Positions 36,601 through 48,600 of a stretch of DNA of 61,339 bases are shown piece by piece. Numbering within the stretch: the stretch's first letter is position 1; the number at the start of each line of letters is the position of its first letter. The stretch is from NCBI GenBank assembly GCA_030264375.1, contig JASCQW010000081.1, positions 36,129,292 to 36,190,630 of the forward strand. The letters run 5' to 3'. The notes under the pieces were generated by a model. The model saw only the letters and a program-made list of their open reading frames with translations, was not told the DNA's origin and ran no database searches. The DNA comes from Carcharhinus longimanus. Its lineage: Eukaryota. The position numbers were made by a program, and so were the translations under genes.

Positions 36601-39600
36601 CAGAGTAGCAAAAAAAGGACAATTATAGAATTGCTACAGTGCTGAAGGAGGCCATTTGGTCCATCGAGTCTACACAGACAACATCCCACCCAGGCCCTAT
36701 CCCTGCAACCGTACATAGTTACAAAAACAAAGAACAACCCAGCACGGGAAACAGGCCCTTCGGCCCAACAAGCCCGCGCCGCCGCATCACCCTACACCTA
36801 TTNNNNNNNNNNNNNNNNNNNNNNNNNNNNNNNNNNNNNNNNNNNNNNNNNNNNNNNNNNNNNNNNNNNNNNNNNNNNNNNNNNNNNNNNNNNNNNNNNN
36901 NNCTCTCTATATTCCTCCAGCGCACTCTCCGTACCCAGTCGTTTCGACCTAACATACGCCTCCCTCTTCTTCCTGACCAAGTCTTCAATACCCCCTGTAA
37001 TCCACGGCTCTCTAATCCTACCTTTCCCATCCTTCCGCTTAACCGGAACATACCTCCCCTGCAACCATTTCATTTTGCCTTTAAAAGCCTCCCACTTGCC
37101 AACCGTGGACTTGCCAGCTAAAAGTCCTTCCCAATCAGTGTCCTGCAGCTCCCTCCTAATCCTGCTATAGCTGGCCTTTCCCCAGTTCAGCACACTCCCG
37201 TTATCTGCTAATCCCATCAACGTACACATCCTGGGACATTAAAGGGCAATTTAGCGTGGGCAGTCAGCCTAACCTGCACATCTTTGGACTGTGGGAGGAA
37301 ACCGGAGCACCCGGAGGAAACCTACGTAGACAAGGGGAGGATGACGAGTGTGATTCAATGAGATCAATGTGTTACTTTTGACGTAAGATGGAGCACAGAG
37401 AAGCTTACAATGATGTTTGTAGGCATGTTTTTCCATAAACTTGTGACAAATCAATATGATCTAATGCAGGGGTTCCCAAACATGGGTCCATGGAAACAAG
37501 ACAGTTGATTTATAAAATTTGAAACATGCTGCAGAATTGCTTCTCCAAACAGAGGCTGACTTCTGGAAAATTCAGCCTCTGATTGGACGAGCTGGGAGCA
37601 GCTGGCAACTCAAAACTACTTATCAAGGTGAGCATGGACAGAGTGATGAGAAGAGTAGGCCTCAGAATAGGATCCCGAGCCAGTGTAAGGAATGGAGGGC
37701 CAGAGTGCGCCTTGGAGCGTGAGAGTGTACATGTGTGCCTGCAGGAGAGGTGGGGTGGGTAAGTGCATGCGCATGAGAGTGAGAGAGAGGTGTGTGTGTG
37801 TGCGCGTTCTCAAACATCATTGCTCCAACGTTGAATATTTTTAAGACCTGAGTCAAATTTTTGTAAAAAGTCTGACAACACCAGGTTTTAGTCCAACCGA
37901 TTTATTTGATAATAAACGCACAAGCTTTTGGGTTATACACCATCCACATCAAATTTTTGTGACACAGGAATCAAGGGATATGGGAGCAGGCACAAGGTGG
38001 AGGAGTTGAGCTTGAAGATCTGCTATGATCAAGTTGAATCATGGGGCATGTTTGGCCTGATGGTGTATTCCTGCCTATTCCTCATGTTCCAAAACTATTC
38101 TAAACCTGATGCTATATAATCCCTACAGTGCAGAAGGAGGCCACTTGACCTATTGAGACGGCACTGCCAACAATCCCATCAGGCTCTATCCCTATAACCC
38201 CTCTATTTACCCCACTTGTGCCCGTGACACTAAGGGGCAATTTAGCACAGTCAATCCATCTAACACGCACATCTTCAGAGTGTGGGAGGAAACCAGAGCA
38301 CCCGGAGGAAACCCATGCAGACACGGGGAGAATGTGCAAACTCCACACAGTCACCTGCGGCCGGAATTGAACCTGAGTCCCTGGCGCTGTAAGGCAGCAC
38401 TGCTAACCACTGTGCTGCTGTGAGCCCTTGTCTACCAAATGCTCCCCACTGAGCCAAACTCCAATGTCCTAACTTAATACGTTATACTGGAGCATTGCAG
38501 CAGCATTTTGTGCATCAAGTGAATATTGTTATGATTAAATCCGGCATAGATTTTAATTGATGTTTACAGCCTTTTATCTCATTGGCTTTAACTGAAATGA
38601 CACAAGTTCAGGATTACTTAAATCAGTTTCCGTTCTTCACATTTCTTAGAATCATAGAATCCCTACAGTGAAGAAGGAGGCCATTCAGCCCATCAAGTCT
38701 GCACCATCAACCCACCAAAGTCGTATCCCCGTAACCCCATGTATTGACCCTGCTAGACCCCTGACACCAAAGGGCAATTCAGCAAGGACATTCAACCTAA
38801 ACCCCCCATTTTAGGAATATGGGATGAAATTGGAACAAACTCACAAGGAGAATGTGCAAACTCAACACAGTGACCCGAGGCTGGAATTGTAATTGGGTCC
38901 TTGGGGTTGTGAGGCAGCAGTGCTAACCACTGTGCGACTGTGTTGAAGGCAGCTAGAATGTTTTCCTTTGGCTGTGCACAGAAAAAGAATTGAAGGATGT
39001 TTATTAAATGAGTCACCTTCAACATTGTTTTGAAATTGAGGTTAAAGATAGATCTGCTGTACACTTATTGAATGGTGGAGCAAGCTCAAGGGACTGAGTG
39101 GCCTAGTACTCCTAATTCAAATTTTTGTATATTTTGTATAATAATTGATCTGTTTTCTTATTATTGTTTAATAGAAAAATATTTCATTGTATGCTTTTCT
39201 GCTGTTTTTCATGGTCGTCGATAAATGCTCCCAAGCAAAAGTTGTTTGTAGTAGGCCTGACCGAGTAATCAGTTTGGTGAAGTTTGTTTGTGATTGAGGT
39301 CGTCATTGTAAAATATTACCATGATTATGTGATATATTAGAATGAAAGGACGCCAGAAGGTATTTTTGTGATTTTGGTTTTATTGCAGTTACTTCAATCT
39401 CTTTCTGCCCAGTTTAAGATTCTGGGAAAAGGAACTTGTGTCATTTCTGAATACTGATTTGGAGCAGCATGAATTCACTAAAATCCAAGTGAGTTACAGC
39501 AAATTGCCTGGTCATTATTATCTTTCAAAATAATGGAGGGTTTGCCTTGTGAAGGTGAAGAGAAGACAAGGAAAGAGGAAAGGTGGTTTTTATTAGTTGT

Positions 39601-42600
39601 TTTACGGTTTCTACATAGGTTAACTAAAGTTGAAGCCTCTAAATTGAAGTCAAATTATTGGCCTGTTTAAGAAATGAAGTTATTGACCAGATGGCTTTTT
39701 ATGACAATCTTGTCGTTTCATGATCATTCATTTTATTTAATTTTGTTAACTGGATTCAAATTCTTCAGCTGTCATGGAGGGATTTGAACTTGTTTCTCTG
39801 GGATATTTGTTCAGGCTTCTAGGTTACTAACAGTAACATTACTGTTATGCTATCAGTCAGTTCTTAAACAATGATAAGATGGAATACAGGAAAGAGATAG
39901 AGAATCTGGTGAACTGGTGCGACAACAGTAATCTCTCCCTCAATGTTTGCAAAATGAAGGAGATTGTCATCCACTTCAGGAAGCGTAGTGGAGGACATGC
40001 CCCTGCCTACATCATGGGGATGAAGTGGAAACGGTCGAGAGCTTCAAGTTTCTAGGTGTCCAGATCACCAACAACCTGTTCTAGTCCCTCCATGCTACAG
40101 TGAAGAAAGCCCGCCAACGCTTTTACTTCCTTCCGCTATGACTCTTTCCAACTTTTACAGATGCACCATAGAAAGCATTCTTTCTGGTTGTATCATAGCT
40201 TGGTACAGCTCTTGCTCTGTCCAAGATCACAAGAAACTACAAAGGGTCATGAACGAAGCCCAGCCCATCATAAAACTAACCTCCAATCCATTGATTCTGT
40301 CTACATTTCCTGCTGCTTCAGAAAAGCAGCCAGCATAATTAAGGACCCCTCTGCACCCTGGACATGCTCTCTTCCACGTTCTTCTGTCAGGAAAAATATA
40401 CAAAAGTCTGAGAATTCGTACCAACTGACTCGAGAACAGCTTCTTTCCTGCTGCCATCAAACTTTTGAATGTACCTGCCTCATATTAAGTTGATCTTTCT
40501 CTACACTCTAGCCATGACTACATTCTGCACTCTCCTTTGTGTATAGTATGCTTGTCTATATAATATGCAAGAAACAATACTTTTTACCGTGTACTAATGC
40601 GTGTGACGATAATGAATCTAATTCTGTTTCTCAAAGTTGGCTTTCTGTGGTGTAGTAAGGGAGTTGGTTTCTGTAATGATGAGTAATATTCAGATGAAAT
40701 AGTCTGAAATTTAGGAACAGTAACAAAATTGGAGTCAGTGAGAACCTGGGATTGGAGTCATTCCTAGCATAGAGGAAGGTGGTGTGTTGTTGGAGGTCAA
40801 TCGTTTCCGTCCCAAGACATCACTGCAGGAGTTCCTCTGTTAATGTCCTGGGTTCAATCATCTTCAGCTGCTTTATCAATGACCTTTCATCACATGACCA
40901 GAAGTGGGGATGTTTGCTGGTGATTGTGCAGTCATCACCTGTGCAATGTTCAGCACCATTTGCGATTCCTCAGATACTGAAGCAGTCCGTGTCTAAATAC
41001 AGTGAGACATGGATATTATCCAGGCTTGAGCTGACAAGAAGAAAGTAATGCTTTTGCCACACAAGTGCCTAGTGATGGCCATCTCCAAAAAGAAAGAATC
41101 TAACCATCGCACTTTGACAGTCAGTAGCATTACCATTGTTGAATCCCCTACTATCAACATCCTTGGGGGTCACCATTGATCAGAAACTTAACTGGACTAG
41201 CCATATAAATACTGTGGCTACATGAACAGGTCAGAGGCTAGGAATTCTGTGGCAAGTAACTTGCCTCGTGATTCCCGAAATCCTGTCCACCATCTACAAG
41301 GTAAGTGTCAGGAGTGTGATGGAATACTAACATCTTACCTGGATGAACGCATCTCCAATAACACTCAAGAAACTTAACACCATACAGAGCCATTCAATTC
41401 ACTTGATTGGCACCTCATCCACAAGCATTCACATCCTCCACTACCAACGCACAGTAGCAGCAGTGTTTACTATTTACAAGATACACTGCAGGAACTCACC
41501 AAATCTCCATAGACAACACCTTCCAAACCCACACCTGCTACCATCTAGAAAACAAGGGCAGCAGATTAAAGGAACACACCACTTGGAAGTTCCCCTTGAA
41601 GCCATTCACCATCCTGACTTGGAAGTATATCGCTGTTCCTTCATTGTTGCTGGGACAAAATCCTGGAACTCCCTCCCTAATAACACTGTGGGTATACCTG
41701 CACCACATGGACTGCAGTGGTTCAAGAAGGCAGCCCACTTCAATCTTCTGGTGGGCAATAAATGCTGACCCAACCACTGAAGTCCACATCCCATAAATAA
41801 ATTTTAAGTAGTAGAATTATAGAGCAGGGGAATAATTGATCTATAGCATTCAGACGTGCAGTTAAGATTATTTGAGTTAATGCTTTGATTTTATATTGTT
41901 TATGATTGTATAGAAAAGCTTGTGGCAATTTGGATGGTGGAAGAATAGATTATTTTGTGTATAGGGACTTCTCTTCAGTGCACAAAGTGCTGAAAGGTAC
42001 AAAAGTGAAATAGTGTGGTGCCATTACAATCTGGATAATGTGACCAGTTTATGTTAGAAAGGGAACATAGCAATTTGATGGTAGGAATAGTATTCCACAA
42101 AAGTAATAAGAGCATGATTTGTAAGATATTGCGGCCAGGAAGCGTGTGTCGACAGAGTGGTTAGGATAGCTGTGTTCATTTGGAAAATCATTTAGAATCA
42201 GATGTTAAGGTTGACTTACAATTAATGGCAGGACCCTGAAAAGCACTGATGTACAGAGGGATCTAGTGGTTCAAGTCCACATTTCCCTGAAAGTGGAGAT
42301 AGAAGCAGATAGAGTGGAAAAGAAGGCGTTTGGCACGCTTGCCTTTATTAGTCGGGGCATTGAGTACAAGATTCAGGATGCCAGGTTGCGGCTTTATAAA
42401 ACTGTTTAGGCTGCACTTAAGAGTATTGTGTTCAATTCTGATTGCCACGTTTATAGGAAGGATGTGGAATCTTTGGACAGTGCAGAAGAGGTTTACAAGG
42501 TTGCTGCCTGCATTAGAGGGTATGAGCTGTAGGGGAGGCCAGACAAACTAGGGCTGTTTTCTCTGGAGCAGTGTAGGTGAGGGTGACCAAACAGAAGTCT

Positions 42601-45600
42601 ATAAAATTTTGAGAAGCATAGATAGAGTTGACAGAATCTTTTTCCCAGAGTTGAAATGTTGATACTAGGGGGCATACACTTAAGGTGAGAGAAAGAAAGT
42701 TTAAAAAAAACTTGCCCCTCACATTTCCTTTGAAGAGTGGTGGATGTCTGGAAGGTGCTTCTAGGGGTGGTGGTGCAGATAAATACAATAGGGGCATTTA
42801 AGCTTTTAGAAAAGCATGTTAATATGCTAGCAGTAGTGGAATATGGATCAAGGGCAGGTGAAGGTATTAGTTTAATTTGGTGTCATGTTTGGCACAACAT
42901 CGTGGGCCAAAGGTCCTGCTCCTGTACTGTTCTATGTTCTGTATTCTAAAGCATTTGTTTCTGCATTTTCAGTAGGCTCAGAAAACTTTAATATTAGATC
43001 AGTATTAAACACTGTCACATTCCACATGTACACCAACACCCAGTTTTATTTGACTTAAGCATCTGCTGTCTTTTGAGTTGTCAGTTTGTTCAACATTCAA
43101 TACTAGAAAAAACAGTTTCCTCCAATTTAATATTGGGAAGACTGAAACCAATGTTACAGCCTCTGCTGCTAGTCAGCTGCTACTTCAAAATATATATTCA
43201 GTAGCTTGGAACAGTGAAAGTGTTGCTTCAAAAGAGAAATCGTAGTGTGCAATATTTGAAGCAGCATCTCCTGTTTTAAGTTTGTGTAGGCGTTCTCATC
43301 TTTGCATTTGTCTAGTTTCATATTTTGTGTGCAAAATTTAACTTTGTATTCCTTCTGATGCCCAGCATATTTCTTCCTTTGATTCCATTGGTGCCCTTCC
43401 TCCATGCAGTTTCCACTTTGTCTTGTTCGAGGGTAGCAACTTCAAATAAAGCCAACGTTCTTTGTTGCACTACTTCCTTCAGCAGGAACACTAACTCTTC
43501 AACTTCAGAATTAGTAAATGCAAAAGGTAATGCAACTCAGTTTTGGAGTTCATATTTCTTGTAGAGCCCATAAAACCTGGCACAAAGTTAAGTTGGAACT
43601 GCTGTTATTTTTGGGAGGAACCCTTTGAACCTGGTACAGAAATACTGTCCTTTTGCGCATAATGCACTTTTTCTGGAAATGGAGGTGACAGCTGAGGAAC
43701 TGCACAAGGTGCCCAAGGTGACTAATTGGGTTATCTTTCACCTTTACAACTTTGCATCAGTGCTGAGACGCAACATTATCTGCAACTTGGCTGATTATAG
43801 TACAGTTCCAGATCTTTTGAGAAAACATTCAAATTTAGTGGCGGTACTTCCGTTAGAAAATTTGGAGCAGCATCTCCGAGTTAGCAGGCCATGAGTACCT
43901 ATGTTATGGCTTGCTGAATCGACTTTTCACCAATGATCAGAATATCAGGGGTTATATGTCTTGTTTCTCTCTCCTAAATTTTGGGGTTGGTTGCTTAGGA
44001 AGCATGATGGGTTTTTTCTATTCATAAGATATAATTCATTTTAAACCCTGAAGCATTATATTTTGATTGGATTTTATTTGCAACTGTTAAAGTATAGTGT
44101 GATGAAGACCTGGAATTAACCCTATAGCTTTTTCTGGCCACTAGGTGGTGTGCATGATTATAAGCAGAAAGCTAGCATCCAGTGAGAACCATGTCTGGTT
44201 ACAAAAGGTTTACTACTTTTGAAATGTGAAGGAGAATAACCCACTTTTCCTGACCTTTCTAGCACCAATTCTGCTATTTAAGTGTATATAAAAAATTCAA
44301 TAGTTACTATTTTTAGGAAGTCCCATGTCACTTTGAACTGCATGAAAATGCTTCTAGATACTTCCCTTCCAAACGTGGATTGTATCTGAAGAAAGTATTT
44401 TGAACCACATTAAATTGGGTTGAAAGTGCAATTTTTGTGGTGTGGTTCTGCTGGGAATAATTTGAGGTGAAGCATCCACAGCAACAAGTAAAGCATTGAG
44501 CAAAATCAAATTCTTAGCTGAGGCTATGTTATTTCCCCCCCCATGTGTTGTGTACGCTCCAGAATGTTGAGGTAAATTTTCATAGTCATCACTGTCTGGG
44601 AGTAATCTGACTGAGTAGATTCCTCAGCCATTGTAGAACATACCTGACTTTCATTCCATTTGAAATCAATGGCACGAAAATCAAAATGGGCTATCTGCTC
44701 AGTCCGATGAACACCTACTCCCAAAACTAAGACAGAAAATTCAAATAAAATGTACAGTGTTTTTAGCAAATTTTTCTTTGTGAAAGAGAGAGCTTTTAAT
44801 GTTGGTATGGCAACAATTCCTCTACATTTCAAGTGATCTGTTTTTACTTCAGTTGATGAGTTTGGCAGTTTTATTTCCTTTTGTGTATAAATATGGTTTT
44901 TGAATCATACTTGTTTTGGTTAAATTGCAAATTTTAATGCTATTTGAATTTGTAAACTGTCACTGAAGAAGTCGGGTATTAATTTGCAAGGTCTGTTACC
45001 ACCTTTAAAAATGAACTAGTGCCCAAGCATTCATGACTTAACCTTCAGGCCAGTCAGATAGTACATGTTACTTTTTGCTATCAAATATCCTGTATGTTTT
45101 TAGATGCGTCATGTGTTCGGCTTTAACCATATGCATCTGTAGATGTGAATCATCAGGCTAAAAAGTTTTAAAATTCATTTACAGGTGTCGCTGGCTAGAC
45201 CACTATTTGGTGCCCATCCTTAATTGCTCTTGAGAACATACAAACAAGGGAGTAGACCATTCAGCTTTTCATCCTCCTCTGCCATTTCAAAACAAAATCA
45301 TTGATAGTAACCTCAGATCCTATCTGTCCCCCACGACCTTTCACACCCCCTTGCCCACCAAGAATCTTTCCATCTCTGCCTTTAAAATATTCATAGACTC
45401 TGTTTCCACCACTTTCTCTGGAAGAGTCCCAAAAACTCATAACCCTCTCGGAGAAATTATTTCACCTCACCTCCATTAGGAATAGGTGAAGCCTTATTTC
45501 TTAAGTGACACCTGGATTCTCTGGCAAGAGGAAACATCCTTTCCACATCTGCCATGTTAAGACCCATTGGAATCTTGTATGTTTCAATCAAGTCCCTTAA

Positions 45601-48600
45601 ACTCCAGTGGCTACAAGCCTAGCCAGTGTAATCTTTCCTTGCAAGACAGTGCACCAGTTCTGTGTATTAATATGTTAACCCTTTTTCTGCACTGCTTACA
45701 ATGCATTGTCCTTAAATAAGGTGACCAGCAATGTACACAGTACTCCAAATGTGGTCTCAATGCCCTGTGTATAACCTCCCTAGTTTTTGTATTCAAATCT
45801 CCTCACAATAATTGAGAAGATGGTGATGAGCTGCCCCCTTGAACTGCTGCGGTCTCTGTGGCATAGATACACCCACAATAATGGGAGGGAGATTTTGACC
45901 CAGTGATAGTGGCAGAGTGATATGGAGGTGGTATATTTCCAAGTTAGGATAGTGAGTGACTTGTGAGAAAACTTTCAAGTAATGGTTTAGACTAAAAGTG
46001 CAAGAAATAGAACATGTGATGGAGAAATGTAAGGGTTGCTTTTCAAACAACATGCTGTTTCTATTTCATTTTAAAACTTTCACGGGTTTCTCTGATCAGT
46101 CACTGGCACACTGATCACATTCATCTGCATTCTGAAACATCTGGCCTGGAAGTGACTGCATGATAGTCAAGCCTGTTGAATTATACTTCCGGAAAAATGA
46201 ATATGGTAGTGGAATATAACCTAAAATATGATTTAATACATTCAATTATTGTAAATAAATAATCCCAATAATATGTTGTACACCTGTCAGAAGTAATTTT
46301 GAAGGAAGAACATCCTGGAGCATAGGGCCTAGGCAGCTAAAAATGCAGCCACAGATGGAGGAGGAGTTAAAATCAGGAATGCTTAAAAGGTCAGAATTTG
46401 TAGGTATGAAGAGATCTGAGCGTTTGAATGACTGAATAATGTTAGATTTTAATACAAAGATGAGGATTTTCAAAATGAATGCATTGCCAGACCGGCAGCC
46501 AATGTGGATCAGTGAATGCAGATGGTTAAGTGAATGGAATTTTGTCCAAGTTAAGATATGGATAGCATTGTTTTAGATGAACTGAAGTTTCCAGAGGGTA
46601 GAAGATGAAAGACCAGCTGAAAAAGCATTGGAATAATGTGGTCAGTTGGTGACAAAGGCAAGGACAAGGGTTTCAACAGAAGATGAGTTGTGGCAGGGTG
46701 ATATGAAGGTGGAAGCAGGTAATCTTGTGATAATTGTACTACATTAACAGCACTATGTACATACAAGCTGTTACTTTGGTGAAGCAGTAGATATCTAGAC
46801 TTGGGGAAGGCGATGGCTCAGTGGTATTATTGCCAGACTATTAATCTAGAAGTTCAGCTAATGTTCTGTGGACCTGGGTTCGAATCCCGCCATGGCAGAT
46901 GGTGGAATTTGAATCCAATACAAATATCTGGAATTACGAATCTACTGATGACCGTGAAACCATTGTTGACTGTCATAAAAACCCACCTCGTTCACAAATG
47001 TCCTTTCGGGAAGGAAATCTGCCATTCGTACCTGGTCTGGGAAGGAAATCTGCCATTCTTACCTGACTCCAGAGCCACAGCAATGTGGTTGACTTTTAAG
47101 TGCCATCCATGGGCAACTAGGAATGGGCATTGTCCCACAAATCTATTTTTAAAAAAAACTCATGAATACATATGAAAGCCCTCATAATTTTAAAGGTCCT
47201 ATTTATTATCAGACTCTTCCTGTAAAAGTCACTCTTCCTGTAAGAGTAACCCTTTTCCTGTCCATTTCCTGACGTTATCTCTATCATGCCGAGCTGTCAT
47301 CTTGTCTGACACGATTGAATTCTGAAATAATAGTTCTGCATTAAGTCACTGTGGATTATTTTTCAGTATGCTATTAAGACCTGTTGCACGTATGTTTACA
47401 TGTGGATATTTTCAGATCTTAAGTGGGCAATTCTAACCCTATCCAGATGTCAGAAACTAGGAGCATAGGCAGTTAAAATGCCCTGGTGTACTTAATTACC
47501 AAGAAGTGGCATAGATATGGTTTTAACAGATGTGTCAAGCCCCAACAGCAATTTTAATTTTGGCACAAATAGAAAAGCTTCTGTAGATTTCTTCCCTAAT
47601 GAAGGCCAATTTGAAGAATATCAGGAAATTGAAGAGGACCACAAGGTAAGTTTTACCTCTACTCTATTTCTTTTCTTGCACTTGAGTGCCAGCCATCTGC
47701 TCTGTGGGCTGCTCATTTTTCCAAAGGTTGCAACTATTTACTTCTGATTTCTTGTTTGGATTAGGGATGCACTAACAGGATGTTAATGAGGCTTTGTGAT
47801 TAAAGTTGTGACTGCGTATTATGGCAAACTGGTGGGAAATTAATAAACTATTGGTTTCCTGCTGGCAATTAAAATTTCATCTTGTGTTTTTAAAAATATA
47901 ATGTTAGTGGGAACTGGCTGTACTGTTGGCTTTTTATACGAAAAATAAATGGCTGTTTCCCCTAGTGATGGAGTGATTAAAATTAGGGATGCTCAAGTGT
48001 CTAGAATTGGAGGAATGCTGATATCCCAAAGGATTGTGGGGCTGGAGGAGATTGCAACGGGAGGCAGAGCCAAAGCCATGAAAAGATTTGAAAACAAAAT
48101 TCTTAAATCTAAGTATTGCTTGATGAAGAGCCATTTTAGGCCAGTGGAGTTTTGGATGACCACAGGTTCATAGAGGATGATAGATCAGCAAGGATTGTGT
48201 TGGAGTAACATGAGTGGCAAAGTGGTTAGCATTGCTGCCTCACAGTGCCAGGGACCTGGGTACGATTCTGCCCTCAGGTTACTGTCTGTGTGGAGTTTGC
48301 ATGTTCTCCCGGTGTCTGCTTGGGTTTCCTCCCAATGCTCTGGTTTCCTTCTACCGTCCAAGAATGTGCAGGTTAGTTTGATGGGCCATGATAAATTACC
48401 CCTCGGCGTTGGGGGGGTGGCTAGGAGGGTAAATATGTGGGGTTATGTGGATAGCATTGTTGTCAGTGCAGGCTCGATGGCCAAATGGTGGGATCCTGCA
48501 CTGTAGATTCTACGATTCTATAATAAAGTCTAACGGTTACAAGGATATGAATGAGGGATTCAGCAACACAGTTGACATGAAACAGGGTGAAGGATGATGT

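Noticed and set aside
46811-46890. tRNA gene
   Set aside because: A and B boxes belong to a SINE head; no complete cloverleaf or oligo-T terminator
47212-47262. 18-bp tandem repeat (also one at ~1713-1750)
   Set aside because: Ordinary short slippage duplications with no further structure
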